A DNA stretch of 64,000 bases, taken from NCBI GenBank assembly GCA_028534125.1, contig CM052817.1:7194001-7258000 (forward strand), read 5' to 3'. The position numbers and the translations under genes are program-made. The notes under the pieces are model-generated. The model made no database searches. It was given only the letters and a program-made list of their open reading frames with translations, and was not told the DNA's origin. The stretch's first letter is position 1. Every line of letters starts with the position of its first letter. Of the stretch, positions 35,386 to 48,050 are shown piece after piece. Source of the stretch: Lama glama (taxonomy: Eukaryota).

Positions 35386-36951
35386 AGAGGACAGGAATAG
35401 GAAGACAAGGAGGAGGAGGAGAAATAAAATAGGAGATGAAGGGAGGAGTAAATAAAAATAAGAAGCGAGTCTTGTGTTATCCTTCTGCCGTGTTTTAGAA
35501 TATTGATTATCCATAAGCATTATTGTAAGTTTATCCTTTATCTATTATTTTTATTGAGAAATAACTATTACTAAACAATCTCTTTAATATGTTTTATTAT
35601 GACCATGACATTTAGAAACGTGGCATAATATAATCCATTAACCTCTCCAGAGAATAAAAGGAATTCTTTAATGATCCCTTTTGTCTGTAAGATGCCATTA
35701 AGCAGAGCTTAAGAAAGCAGTTTCATTGTTAAATAACACCATTCATTCTCAAAGTATCTAAATTATTTGCTGAGCAGTTAGTTGGATAATAGCAGTTTGA
35801 TTAATCTGAAGATAAATGCAGTAAACATTACAGGCTCTCAGTCCTTTCACATCCAAGTCTGGCTATTAAAGCCGTGCTAATCTGGGGAAATAAGAGATCT
35901 TGCACCCATCCTCCATTACATTTCAACTCAGGGAATCAATGGATATTACAGGTCAGAGACGCTCCCATAAATTACCTGGTTATGTCCTTCACCATGTCCT
36001 GCCCCAGCCCTGGGCAAGAAAGTAACTGGTCCACATTAGGGTGTTCTTGCCTTCCACACATGGACTTTTTTATTTATACTCTATAAACTTTGGAAAATTC
36101 ATATTTTTAAGTCTTTGTTTTGCTCTTACTTGTTCACGCTTTCTCCTCTTCAGTTGAAATGACTTATATCCTAGGAAGGTTCTGACTATCCTTTGGAAAA
36201 GTTCTAAGAAATACATGGCCAAAGAATTGACAAGTGCAGAAAAAAGGAGAAAAGGAACGGGAATTATTAAAGTGAGTCATAGCATGTGTGATCTTGAATG
36301 CCTGGCAAGTTTGGCTCTGAGAAACACTGGCCAAAAGGGAATTGGAAAAATAAACACCAGGCCTGGGAAAACAGAGCTGAACAGAGGCTGAATTTTGGAA
36401 GAGTTCACCCGAGGGGTGGATCTTGGGGTCTGGGAGGTGGGAAAGCAAGGGTTTTGCCTTGGCTGGATGTTGATTAGATTGTAGAGCAGTGTCCAGGTTT
36501 TCATTTAGGACAGGCCTCCAGTCTGTGGCCAGAGGATATACAAGTGTGGTCTTAGGTGGGGGAATTGGCAAGACTCATGCAGAATTAAGTCATCTCCTCA
36601 AGTTGTCAGAAACTTTGGGCAGAATTCTAGTTCCAGAAGGCAGCTTGTCTGCTAATAAAAATGTGAGATAAGATTGATTATCAGGAATGCGCAACGATTC
36701 ATAAGATTGTACAGTAGGATGGTGGGTTTTAGAAGCTACAACAGAACAAATAAGTGGATAATCTCCCTCTAGGTATATGGCATAAGCAGAAAGGTTAATT
36801 CTAGACACCAAAAAGCTCGCAACTAGAGTTTGAAGAAGAAAAATATTGGAGCATGGCAAAAATCTCAATTTTTTTGTTGTTTTCTAAGAATCAAATATTG
36901 GATATTTTGGGAGTGGTGAGGAGAAGAGTTTAAGGAGATAAAATTATAGTT

Positions 36952-36953
<2 letters not shown>

Positions 36954-36986
<33 letters not shown>
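36954..36986. repeat. (TG)n microsatellite
   Basis: Direct reading. Confidence 0.95.
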
Positions 36987-36988
<2 letters not shown>

Positions 36989-37018
36989 CATAGGTATTTA
37001 TATATATAAAATGGTATT

Positions 37019-37430
37019 TGCAATGGACTGAAGTATGTCCTTCCAAAATTTATATGTTGAAACTCTAACCCCCAGCATGACTATATTTGGATTTGGGGCC
37101 TTGGAAGGATAATTAGGTTTATACACTTATGAGGGTAGAGCTTCTCTGAAGATGGGGCTGCCATGATAAGATTTGTGTCCTTATAAGAGAAACATGTAAA
37201 ACCTTGCTTCACCTCTCTCGACTCCCCTCCCACCCCAAGAACAAAAAGGGGTCATGTGGGCGCACTACAGGAGGGCAGCTGCCTACATGACAATGACAAG
37301 AGAAGAGGCCTCAGAATGAAACCTACACCTTGATCTGGGACTTTTAATCTCTGGAACTCTGAGAAATTTATTTCTGGTGCTTAAGACATTCAGTCTATGG
37401 TATTTTGTTATGGCAGCTCAAGCTAATATA
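37019..37430 (+). mobile_element. MLT1A-like solo LTR
   Basis: tgcaatggactgaa...atatgttgaaactctaacccccag...cagtctatggtattttgttatggcagc. Confidence 0.85.
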
Positions 37431-38005
37431 GTATTGAATTACAATATACATTTGACAAAATATTCAACTCCTAAACTTAGAGGTGAATCATTTTTTGCTA
37501 GGTAAACATAACCAGATAACTAGCTTAAACAATGGTGATTACAGTGTCACAGAAACTCCTTTCATGGTCTCTTGTCACTTCAACGGTACTACTAACCTGA
37601 CTTCTCCTTCCATTGATTACCTTTCACTGTTTGTAAAGTTCACATAAATGAAATGCACGTGTCTGGTCAGTTTTGTTCATTATTATGTCTGTTAGATTCA
37701 TCTAAGTCATTTTGTTTAGTTGTAGTTTTTGTTTTTCATTTGTTTGTTTCATTTTTGTGGTTGGGTAATGCTCTAATGGCTTTATCACAATTATTTACAC
37801 ATTCTATTTTTGATGTACATTTAAATTGTTTCCAGAGTTACTATTACTAATAACACTGAATTATTACTGATTACTGACAGTGATAAACGTAAAAAACACT
37901 ATTCTGTTGGATAAATAGCCAGGGGTGGAATTGATGAGTAAAAGAGCATGAGTTTGTCCAGTTTAGTAGAAACTGCCATAGAGTTTCTCCCAAAGTGATT
38001 CCATC
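37431..38005 (-). mobile_element. Old L1 3' end (L1ME-like)
   Basis: actaacctgacttct, gatgtacatttaaattgtttccag, ggggtggaattgatg. Confidence 0.65.
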
Positions 38006-39624
38006 GTAAGCATAAACTAGGTTTTAGTTTTTTGTTTATTGTTTTTGGAGATTTTTTAAATTAGACTAAATAAAGTCTGTGTTTCAAGCAGGCTGAAGAG
38101 AAAAAGAGAATGAAATTCTACACACTTTTTAATCTTCTTGGCCCAGAAATAGTACATTGTTTTTGCTCCATATTCCATTGGCTGGTAAGATCTGGACAGA
38201 CATAGCACAGGGGGAAAAAAATCAAATAAAGGAAGAAAATCAGCAAATTAAGTGTTAGAGACTTATAAGGATTATAGTGTAAACAAAACTGCAGGTTGTT
38301 GAGGTGAGGGCACAGGGAAGACAGATAAGACATAAGAAATCAGTTGAGTCAAATGACAGTTAATGTGGAATCAGTGAAGATTTTTGAATAAAGGAGTAAC
38401 TTTTTTTGAAGGGGGCTGGGTTGTGGGTTTTTCTGTAATCAGAGTCTTAAAGTCAATTGTCCAGAGGCACACAGCTAGATGGCTCTACTGACAGATAGTT
38501 AGCTAGTGAAGATCTCATGACCAATGTCCAAAGGAGAGGTAATTATGCATCTACTTGCCGTGGTCATACTGGGAATGGAAATCTGTGAAATACATGACAG
38601 AGACAAAGAGGAAACAGAAGAGAGCAGGGTTGTCAGAATGCATTAGAAAAGGCTTTTCCAGGCTCCCAGACCAGTGATCTTTCCATTTTACCATACACCC
38701 CACGGCAACTCCTGGGGTCAGTTCCAATCCTATTGCTTTATGATCCTGGAGTTGCTAACAGATTTATGTCAGTTGAGCAGCAATTATTCAGAATGCATGT
38801 GGCTACTGAAATTTTCCTGGGGTCTGCAGGATTATGTTATGCTCGTATAAGGAGCAATACATCAACATGGATGAACGAAAAAGACAGGAAAAGAAAATCA
38901 GGTTGGAAAGTGGTCAGTGTAATAGGCCAGCTCTTCCATTAAAAATCAGTTTTCTTTCTAACGGACGTTTTAATTCAGTTTTTTCCTAATAGCTATACGG
39001 CAAAAATATTTTTGCTGGAAGATTCAGAAGACCAAAATCTATTTCCTGCTGTCTCCTAATAAGGTTTGCCAGTAATACCTGTAGCTTCAGAGAAAAGTTA
39101 AAATTTAAGTCAAGTATTTTATACAATCCCCAAACAATGAAGAATCAAGGGATGGTGATGTCTGTATCAGAGAAATAAAACTTCCACATCTCTCAGTACT
39201 GTTGGGATAGAAATTCATAAACCATCAGAATTGAACCTGAGCGTAGTGCTTCACTATTCAAATAGATTTTTCTTCTTATCTTTCTGATAATCTAATGAGC
39301 TCATTGGGCGCATACATTTTTCGCATTTTGAAGATGAGAAAAGTGAGTCTCAGAGGATTTCAAATACTTGTCTCTCACTACGGTAAAATTGACGATGAAG
39401 GGCTTTGTTGTTAAATTTGCTTTCATTCCTACTTGATGTCCGTGCACTCTAGAATCCTGGTGGTAGCAGGGTTTTCTATGTCTAGCTAGAGTGGTTCATT
39501 TCCTAGGACTAAGGCAGCAGAGTAATTGTGCATAAGGGAGAAAAAAATGTAAGCTATGGAAAGATCTTAATTTTAATGCAGGCTCCACTTTCATGTGACT
39601 TTATCTAAAATGTAGGGAAGTACG

Positions 39625-40095
39625 GCTTTGGAAAGCTGCATAATACCTCCGAAGGTATCTGAGTCCCAATCCTGGGGACCTGTGATCAGTACGTGGCAAA
39701 AGAAAATTTGCAGATGTGTAAGTGAAGAATCTTGAGAAGGGGAATTGTCATGAATTATCTGGGCGGGCTTAGATTCTAACTACAATTGTCTTTACTGGGA
39801 AGAATAGAAGATTTTACTGAAAGAGAAGAAGGCCCTGGGATTGCTGAAGCAAGATGAAGAAAGGCGCAAGAGCCAAGGAACGCAAAACATGCAGTTCTTG
39901 AATCTGGGAAAGACAAAGGAACAGATTACCTCCTAAAGCCGTAGGAGGGAGCGTGGCCTTACTAACATCTTCATTTCAACCCAGAGAAACTGATATTGGA
40001 CTCCTGACCTCCGGACGGTAAGAGACTAAATGGGTACTATTTTAAGCCACCAGGTTTATGACAATTTGTTACAGCAGCCATAGGAAACTAATACA
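39625..40095 (+). mobile_element. MLT1D-like solo LTR
   Basis: tggcaaaagaaaatttgcagatgtg...gagccaaggaacgca...atttgttacagcagccataggaaactaataca. Confidence 0.85.
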
Positions 40096-40669
40096 ATGGC
40101 TTTTCAAGACTGTTAATGGGATTCAGTGACCTGTAAGTAAAGGCCAGGCAGAAGATGGGTGCCAGTTATGGTAAACTAAGATCTTAAATTTCAATCTAGC
40201 CATCTCTCCCTGAGAGGTGTAGAACATAAGAGAAATGGCAGGTAAATAAATTCTCTTTATCACTAATCTTCTTCCATAAAATTGTTTCTAATTGTCAACC
40301 CTTTAGAACTCAGTGATGTCACATACAAACCTTACGGGTATTTTTAATCTTTTTTGAGACATCCTATCTGAAAATTCAACTCATGTGACTCTTTCCATAT
40401 TTCCTTTCTTCTGACCCTGTACTGATCCTATTAAACCTTCTGGAGACACATATCAAGTACAACTTTCCCAAGAATGGAAAAAGGCAGAAGATGAGAACAA
40501 AGGAAGTTGGGAAAAGTCTTGTGCCAACCCAGACAGCAGGCAACTCTGAGTACAAATTTAGATGTTCTATAAGTGATAATACTCATAACTTCCCTCTTTC
40601 ATGCCTGCTTCTTATAAACGCTTTTTATGGCGTCTGTACTTTATTAATTAAAGATAATTTATATATATT

Positions 40670-40870
40670 TTATTTTTTATTGAGATGTAGTTGATATACA
40701 AGATTATATAAGTTACAGGTGTACAACATGGTCATTCATAATTTTAAAGGTTATACTCCATTTATAATTATTATAAAATATATTCTATATTCCATGTGTT
40801 ATATAACATATCCTTGTAGCTTATTTTATACATAACAGTTTGTACCTCTTAATCCTCGACCCCCATATTG
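40670..40870 (-). mobile_element. Artiodactyl-type L1 3' end
   Basis: ttattgagatgtagttgatatacaa...aggtgtacaacat...aaaggttatactccatttata. Confidence 0.8.
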
Positions 40871-41871
40871 GGAGGAGGGTCAATAAAACACTCTTTGAGA
40901 ATCAGAAAAATACCGGGAAGTTCAATTAAGCTGAATTAGATATTTGATTGTCTTAAATTGTGCCCTTCTCCACACTTATGAGGCAGAATCTTGATCCCAA
41001 AGATTGTGTCCTTTTGTGAGTGGATGCACTTCTTGGTATTCCCATGCTAATACATGCCAGTCTTGGAACATAACTCATCAACCACACTAACCCTGTTACT
41101 GGACCTGCCAAACAGTATCAGCCGTGCTGTTAACAGTTTTTGCCAACCAAATTGTCTGTGACTTTGACAGGCTCTTGGATGCTATGCACTGAACAACTGC
41201 CTTCTCTTGTCAAGATTCACTTCTCCAATAGGACCAAGTTTCTTAGCTCCTTTCTACTTACCGTAAGCCTCTTATACTTTCTACTTAACTAGAACCACTG
41301 AGGCTTTTTGTGCTTCATCATATATCCTGTTTCAACTTGACAGTTCAAGTTCGGATCTTCAGGCCTAATTTGGAACTCAAAATTTGTTTATTTATAAAAT
41401 TTACCTTGGCATGGGATTTGAGGGGAAATTGGTTTTAAATTCATTCTCGCTACTTGCTAGCTACGCAACTTTGAACATACCCTCTAATATCACAAAACCA
41501 AAGCCTACCCTTGGTGTGATGTAAATAATAGCAGCAGTACTGATTTCTTTGGTGAATGTTGTTAGAAACATGGAGGACATTGTTCATGCTAGTGCTTTGG
41601 AAAGTCTTACAAACTTTAATGAGTAAGAATCCTCTTTTCTTCTCTATTGCCAGAGAAATCCCAACAGGAAATTCTCCCCCTGCTGACTGTTATTTCTAGA
41701 ATAACAAGATTGTAGGAATCAGTCAAGTGCACCTCCTCTGACTTTTCCTCTGCCTCTAAGTCACGTATTTCTCAAGTGCTACCTGTTACTCATCTCTACA
41801 AGATGAAGATGATTCATCTTATGAGTGGAGTTGGGACTCAAAACTGCAAATCTTAATCATGATGTGTTTGG

Positions 41872-42345
41872 TGTGGTAGCATTAAAAAAATGAATAAATA
41901 ACTCCCAAACTCTTTGGCATGCTTCTCATTGAGATGTGAGTTCTGTGTCCTCTTGCTTTGAATCTGGCCTCTCTTAACTTGGCCAATAAATAATTGATGA
42001 TGGAAATGGCCAGGTTACCACTTCCTGTAATTTGAGATGCTCACTCTTAGAACACAGCCGCCATGCTGTGAGGAAACCACACGCACAGATGTTCTGGCCA
42101 AAGGTTCCATTTTAACTGCTGCAGCAACCACTCGGCCTGGGAATTAGTGGCCCTTATATGGCTGCAGCCTCCAGCCTTTGCGCAATCCCTAGCCTTGAAC
42201 TGTCCAAGATGGTGCGAGAAGCAGCGGTGAACTGTTCTTTCCAAGCCTTTCCTATACTGGAAATACAAAGGGGGGGGGGGGGAAGAGCAGTTGTAATTAT
42301 CGTGAGCCACTGCATTGGGGTGTTTCTTCACATAACAATGAAAAT
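41872..42345 (+). mobile_element. MLT1G/H-like solo LTR
   Basis: tgtggtagc...cagccgccatgctgtgaggaaacc...agccactgcattggggtg. Confidence 0.75.
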
Positions 42346-43369
42346 TTGGGGTAAAAGATCTTATGAGAAAAGAACAACATATTTGGCAACTTGATTAAGG
42401 GAAGACTTGTTTTGTTATTATAGTCCCCTGTGGGGCTCTGGGAGACAGTGGGGCACCATTTAACAATTTTTGCATATTTACATGTATAGACAAGGGGGTA
42501 ACCAAATTATGTTAAAAAATATGTATATATATATATAGTGTTGAAGTTGAAGATAAGGAAATATATTTCAAAGCAAGGAGAAACTTTAGAAGAGGTACAG
42601 AGTTAAGGTTCAGAGCTAAGAGGTTAGCAAGTCAAAGAAAACCAGAAGACACGAAAGAAGATTAAAATAAGCTGGTTGAAGTATCACTTGAGCAAACATC
42701 AGATACTCTTTGATTTTTTGCCCATAGTTTCTCTTTTACACGTTCCGGATGCCTAATGCTTCATGTTGACAAGGCAGGTCAGATTCATAAAAATATCTTA
42801 CCGAGATAACTTTAACGTTGAAGATATGCTATAGCATGCATAACCTCAGAATCTCCATTCTGCTGGGCCCAACTTTGTGACTTTTTGCAGGAAACAATTG
42901 CTCTTTACAATCCAGCCTACATTCCCCAGTAACACAGCAGGGAGCTTGACCTATAAAAGTGTGCCCTCGAGCAAAACAGATTTACAGTAAAAGGACAAGA
43001 TGTTGCACTCAGCAAAACAATAGTTATCACTTCCCAGAGTTATGCGCTGGACTAAAGTACCAGATCAGCCGACAGACTATGGTGATAAAAGCGAACTGAC
43101 AGGAAATGTTCACTGAGTGGATGAGGGCTCCACAGGCAGAGGTAAAAATGTTTTCCACAACTTGAGTTTCATGTTGAAAATGCCGGTTTCCTAGACCCTT
43201 GCTGAGCGGCTCCAATTCCAGATACATGGCGCACAGATATATTTTTTGCCACTCAGGGTGATTTGACAGACAATGATGTTTGAAAGCCAATAATCTCAAT
43301 TTCAAATTTTTGTGGGCAGTAGAATTGAGTTCTGTGTGTTCCTGTTGGTACTTAGCACATATCTCAAGT

Positions 43370-43830
43370 TAATAGAGCTCCCTTCCCTTTCTCTTCCCAT
43401 AGCCCGTCTGGGGCAAGATGCAGAAATAAACCTCTGGCTTCTCTCTTGAAGACAGAGCGTGTTGGCAGGCTGTGAGGACCATGCTTTGCGGGCACCTGGC
43501 AGCTATAATTCTTTCAGTTCTGCCTTAGAGTCTGAGTTGAGGTCACACGTTTCTTGATGGAGCAAGCCTGTAGTAGATGGGCCATGCCCAACACAGCGCT
43601 CATTTGAAGGGCGGTCTTTGCTCCAGGGCGCTCCACCAGGCTGGCAGAGGCTGTGAAATATGCACCACACAACTTCATAGTTGGCACCACTGACTTTCCC
43701 TGCCAGGTGGCCTGGGAACAAGCCTGCTTCGGTCCTGTTACTTCTCAGGTGCTACTCCACAATAAATCCTTCACACTCCTCACTTAACTTCATCATCTGC
43801 TTTCCAAAGGGCTTCACGGATAGACCTTTC
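43370..43830 (+). mobile_element. ERVL-type (LTR16-like) solo LTR
   Basis: GC-richer block ending ccacaataaatccttcaca...catctgctttcc, a typical LTR R/U5 end. Confidence 0.5.
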
Positions 43831-44454
43831 CCTTCAACTTCCTAAACAATTCCATCCTAAAACCGTTAGGTAAGGCCAAGCAAAGTAAGTCATCCACTTG
43901 GAAGGACAGCTTTATGTAAGGTGTCCAGACTCAACCAGGTTGAAGCTGGGTGTCAATACAAGACAAGCGGTCAGAGGGAATCAGCCTGATGTGTGAGGAG
44001 GGCATCCATGTCTGTGGGTGGCTCAGCTTAGGGTTTCAGAACCCAAGCAGGATAATGAGAGTGTCTACATGGAGGAGTGTCCCTGTCGGGCACTGGAGCA
44101 CAAGTAAGATAAGGAGGGAATCCTGGTTGGGTGAGGAGGTGGGGAGTTAGAAGCCTGGCATGGGCCACAGAGCCCAGCAGAGGGAGATAGGCTTTATCTG
44201 TAAGGTCACACCAGCGCAGGTGTACAGAGGCCAACAGGGAGAACGAAGCTGTAGCCGGCACAGCGGGTCTGGGAATGCAGACCTTGAGGAGGGTAAAGAA
44301 AGGACCCACACAGCACGCAGATTCATGAGGTAGGGAGGCCGTCTGCAAAAGGGCCGCCTTGAGGGCGTGGGAGAAGCTAAGCAGGTTAAACAAAGTGTCC
44401 GTGCAGGCCAGCCAGGAGTGATGGCAATAAATGCTTGGTTGCCTAGAGAAAAAC

Positions 44455-44930
44455 TGACCAAATAAATTAGTATATTAGGAAAAAGGGAAGCTTCACCGTC
44501 AGAGAATCAAGTCAGAAATATGGAAAGAAAAAAAAATTGGAATAAACCCCGTGATGATGGATAGGAAACACTGGATTAGAAATATTAGTGTCACCTCATG
44601 AATTTCTGGATTTCAGCAATAGAGACAGCAGGTACTGATGTATTTGTAAATCTCTCTCTTCATGTATCTATGAATGTGTGTGTGTGCATGTACATACATG
44701 TGCAAGTGTCTCAAAGGCATCTCAAAGATCTATATAGGCATCTATTTTATATGTATATCTATATATATCATATTTATTTCATATGTAAATCTCTCTATAT
44801 ATATCATGTTCACTCACACACAAACATCTACCTATCTATATATAGACAGACATAGTGACAGACATGGATACAAACATGCATGCACCTTAGCTCTGTCCAC
44901 TGAAAGGGTCATGGTGATATTTCTAGTCCT
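44455..44930 (+). mobile_element. L1MD-like 3'UTR fragment
   Basis: aaatatggaaag...gaataaacccc...agctctgtccactgaaagg. Confidence 0.6.
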
Positions 44931-44959
44931 ACGTGCTCTTCTAGAATGTTACCATTATT

Positions 44960-45402
44960 TCCCTTCAAACAGTGAACTCTGTTCTTCCTTCCTTTGAAAT
45001 TACACAGGAATTTATGTTTGCCTCAACAGATTGAATGTCTGAATTTGAAGGCATGAAGGAGGACATAACTTCCATGTGGTATTCTGTCTCCTGAGACATT
45101 CACCTCTAGAACCCAGCTACCATGTTGTGAGGAAGCTCAGTCCTCATGGAGAGGTCACCTATAGGCACTCTGCCTGCCAGCTGGAGCTAGTGTCTCAGTT
45201 TACAGCCGCCACCCACCACTCTACATATAAACGAAAAAAGCCCAGATGACGGTGCCTGCTCAGCTGATACCCAGTGGAGCAGAGACAAGCTGAACCTTCC
45301 AGGTCCTGCTCAGAGTGCATATTTGTGGGCAAAATAAATGTTGTCAGTGTTTTAAACCATTGATTTTCAGAATGGTTTTTATGGAATCTGAATAACTGGA
45401 AT
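44960..45402 (+). mobile_element. MLT1H-like LTR
   Basis: aacccagctaccatgttgtgaggaagc...gtggagcagagacaagctg...aataactggaa. Confidence 0.75.
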
Positions 45403-45597
45403 ATTTGTCAAGAGCCTGGATTTTAGACGTTTCTTCTTTGAGATGCCCAATGAAAGACACAGAGAGAATGGCTTCTAGCGAGGTTAGAGAGTTAAGAAAA
45501 AAAACTGTGGGGCCTATTAAACATTTGTTGATTTATTCACGAAGTCATTTGTCAATGGAAAGACTGGAATGCCATTTTCAGAAGAGTCAATGAACTG

Positions 45598-46097
45598 NNN
45601 NNNNNNNNNNNNNNNNNNNNNNNNNNNNNNNNNNNNNNNNNNNNNNNNNNNNNNNNNNNNNNNNNNNNNNNNNNNNNNNNNNNNNNNNNNNNNNNNNNNN
45701 NNNNNNNNNNNNNNNNNNNNNNNNNNNNNNNNNNNNNNNNNNNNNNNNNNNNNNNNNNNNNNNNNNNNNNNNNNNNNNNNNNNNNNNNNNNNNNNNNNNN
45801 NNNNNNNNNNNNNNNNNNNNNNNNNNNNNNNNNNNNNNNNNNNNNNNNNNNNNNNNNNNNNNNNNNNNNNNNNNNNNNNNNNNNNNNNNNNNNNNNNNNN
45901 NNNNNNNNNNNNNNNNNNNNNNNNNNNNNNNNNNNNNNNNNNNNNNNNNNNNNNNNNNNNNNNNNNNNNNNNNNNNNNNNNNNNNNNNNNNNNNNNNNNN
46001 NNNNNNNNNNNNNNNNNNNNNNNNNNNNNNNNNNNNNNNNNNNNNNNNNNNNNNNNNNNNNNNNNNNNNNNNNNNNNNNNNNNNNNNNNNNNNNNNN
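45598..46097. other. Assembly gap (500 N)
   Basis: Run of exactly 500 N. Confidence 1.
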
Positions 46098-47929
46098 TTT
46101 TCAGTGAAGTACTATGAACTTTGGAGTCAAACATATCTCAGTCCAAATCTGGCTACACTCTAATAGACTTTGGAATAATGCTTTAATCAGTAAAGCTTTG
46201 ATTTGTCCATGTATAAAGTCAAAGGTTTTACAAATCCTCTCCAAATTGAATGAAGATTTAGATGAATATGTGCAGATAACATCACTAAAGAAACATCCCG
46301 GAACATAGATAATGAGAATATTCATTACGGTGAAGACCAAATGCCAGCTAGCACCACATTCAATCCAATATCAGCATTCTACCCCTGATGCAGGGTATCC
46401 GTTTGCATCTTTGTATATTTTGTGGACATATTTTCAGGAAACTTTGGTTTTGGAGATTAGTTATTCAGCATCATAAGCTCCAAATATTTTTAAAATTCAC
46501 ATACACTTCACTGTTTTAAAGTTGTAACAGTCATCCTTTTTCCTTTTTAAGTGTACAATTCACTGTTTTTATTATTTTGCAAAGTTGTTAAACCAACACC
46601 ACATATGATTACAGAATATTTTATAACCTCAAAAATACACCCCCACACCAAGTAACAGTCGAGCTCAATTCCTGTCTCCCACACCCTGTGTTGACCACTA
46701 ATGTACGTTTTATATATATAGATTTATCTATTCTGGACATTTCATGTAAATGGAATTACAAAATGTGGTCTTAAGTCTTTGTCTTCTTTAACTTAAGGTT
46801 TTCAAGGCTTATCTATATGAATCAGCACTTCATTCCTTTCTATTGCCAAATAATATTCCATTGGGTAGTTATACTATGTGTTGCTTATGTATTCAAAAGT
46901 CAGTAAGCACTTGGAGCCCATCAACAAACTGGAGTTTTCATATTTTATCTATCATGAGTAATGCTGCTCTGAACATTAATGTATATTTGTGTGTGGACAT
47001 ACATTTTCATTCCTCTTGGGTAGATACATATAGCAATTTTATGTTTAATATTTTCAAGAACTATGAAACTGTTTTCCAAAGTCACTGCACTATTTCATAC
47101 TCTAATCCACAATTTATGAGGGTTCTGTTTCTGCACATATTCACCGAGTTGTTAATTGTCTGTTTGATTATAGCCATCTTAGTGCATATGAAATGGTATC
47201 TCATTTTGGTTTTGATTTACATTTTTGAGTGACTAATGAAGACAAGTATATCTTCATGTACTTTTGGCCATTTGCATATCTTCTTTGGAGAAATGCCTAC
47301 CCAAATCCTTTACCCATCATTTAATTGAATATTTATTTATTATTGAACTGTAAGAATGCTTTTTTAAAAAATAATATGCTCTGGATATACATTTTTTTTC
47401 AAGTATGTGATTTTTAATTATTTTTTCCCATTCTGTGAGTTTCATTTTCTGATTAAAAGTTTTTCATTGTGATGAAGTTCAATATATACATTTTTTCATT
47501 TGTCACTTTTATATTTAGTGTTATATGTAAAAAACAAATGCCTAATCCAAGGTCACAAGATTTATCCCTATATTTTCTTCCAAATACCATTTTTCTTTTT
47601 AGTTTTAGCTCTTACATTCTTACATTTAGATCTTTGATCCACTTGAATTGTTTTTTATATATAATGTGAGCTTGAGGGAGAATTACATTCTTTTGCATGT
47701 GAATGTCTAGCTGTCTCAGGAGTATTTACTGAAAAGACTACTCTTTCCACATTGCATTGTCTTGGAACCCTGGGCAAAAATCACTTGACCATAGATATGT
47801 GGGTTTACTTATGGGCTCTTATTTCTAGTCCATTGATCTCTATGTTTATCCTCATGGCAGTACCACACAGTCTTGATTACTGCATCTTTGTATCAAGGTT
47901 TGAAATGAGGAAGTGTGTGTTCTCCAAAT

Positions 47930-48050
47930 ATGTGTGTGTGTGTGTATGTATATTCATATAGTACTCGTGTATCACTATGCTGTACACCAGAAACTAACAC
48001 AGTGTTGTAAATCAAGTATACATCAACCAAAAAAAAATAGTTATAAAAAG
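47930..48050 (+). mobile_element. Short younger L1 3' end nested in the old L1, opposite orientation
   Basis: ctatgctgtacaccagaaactaacacagtgttgtaaatcaagtatacatcaa followed by an A-run. Confidence 0.8.
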
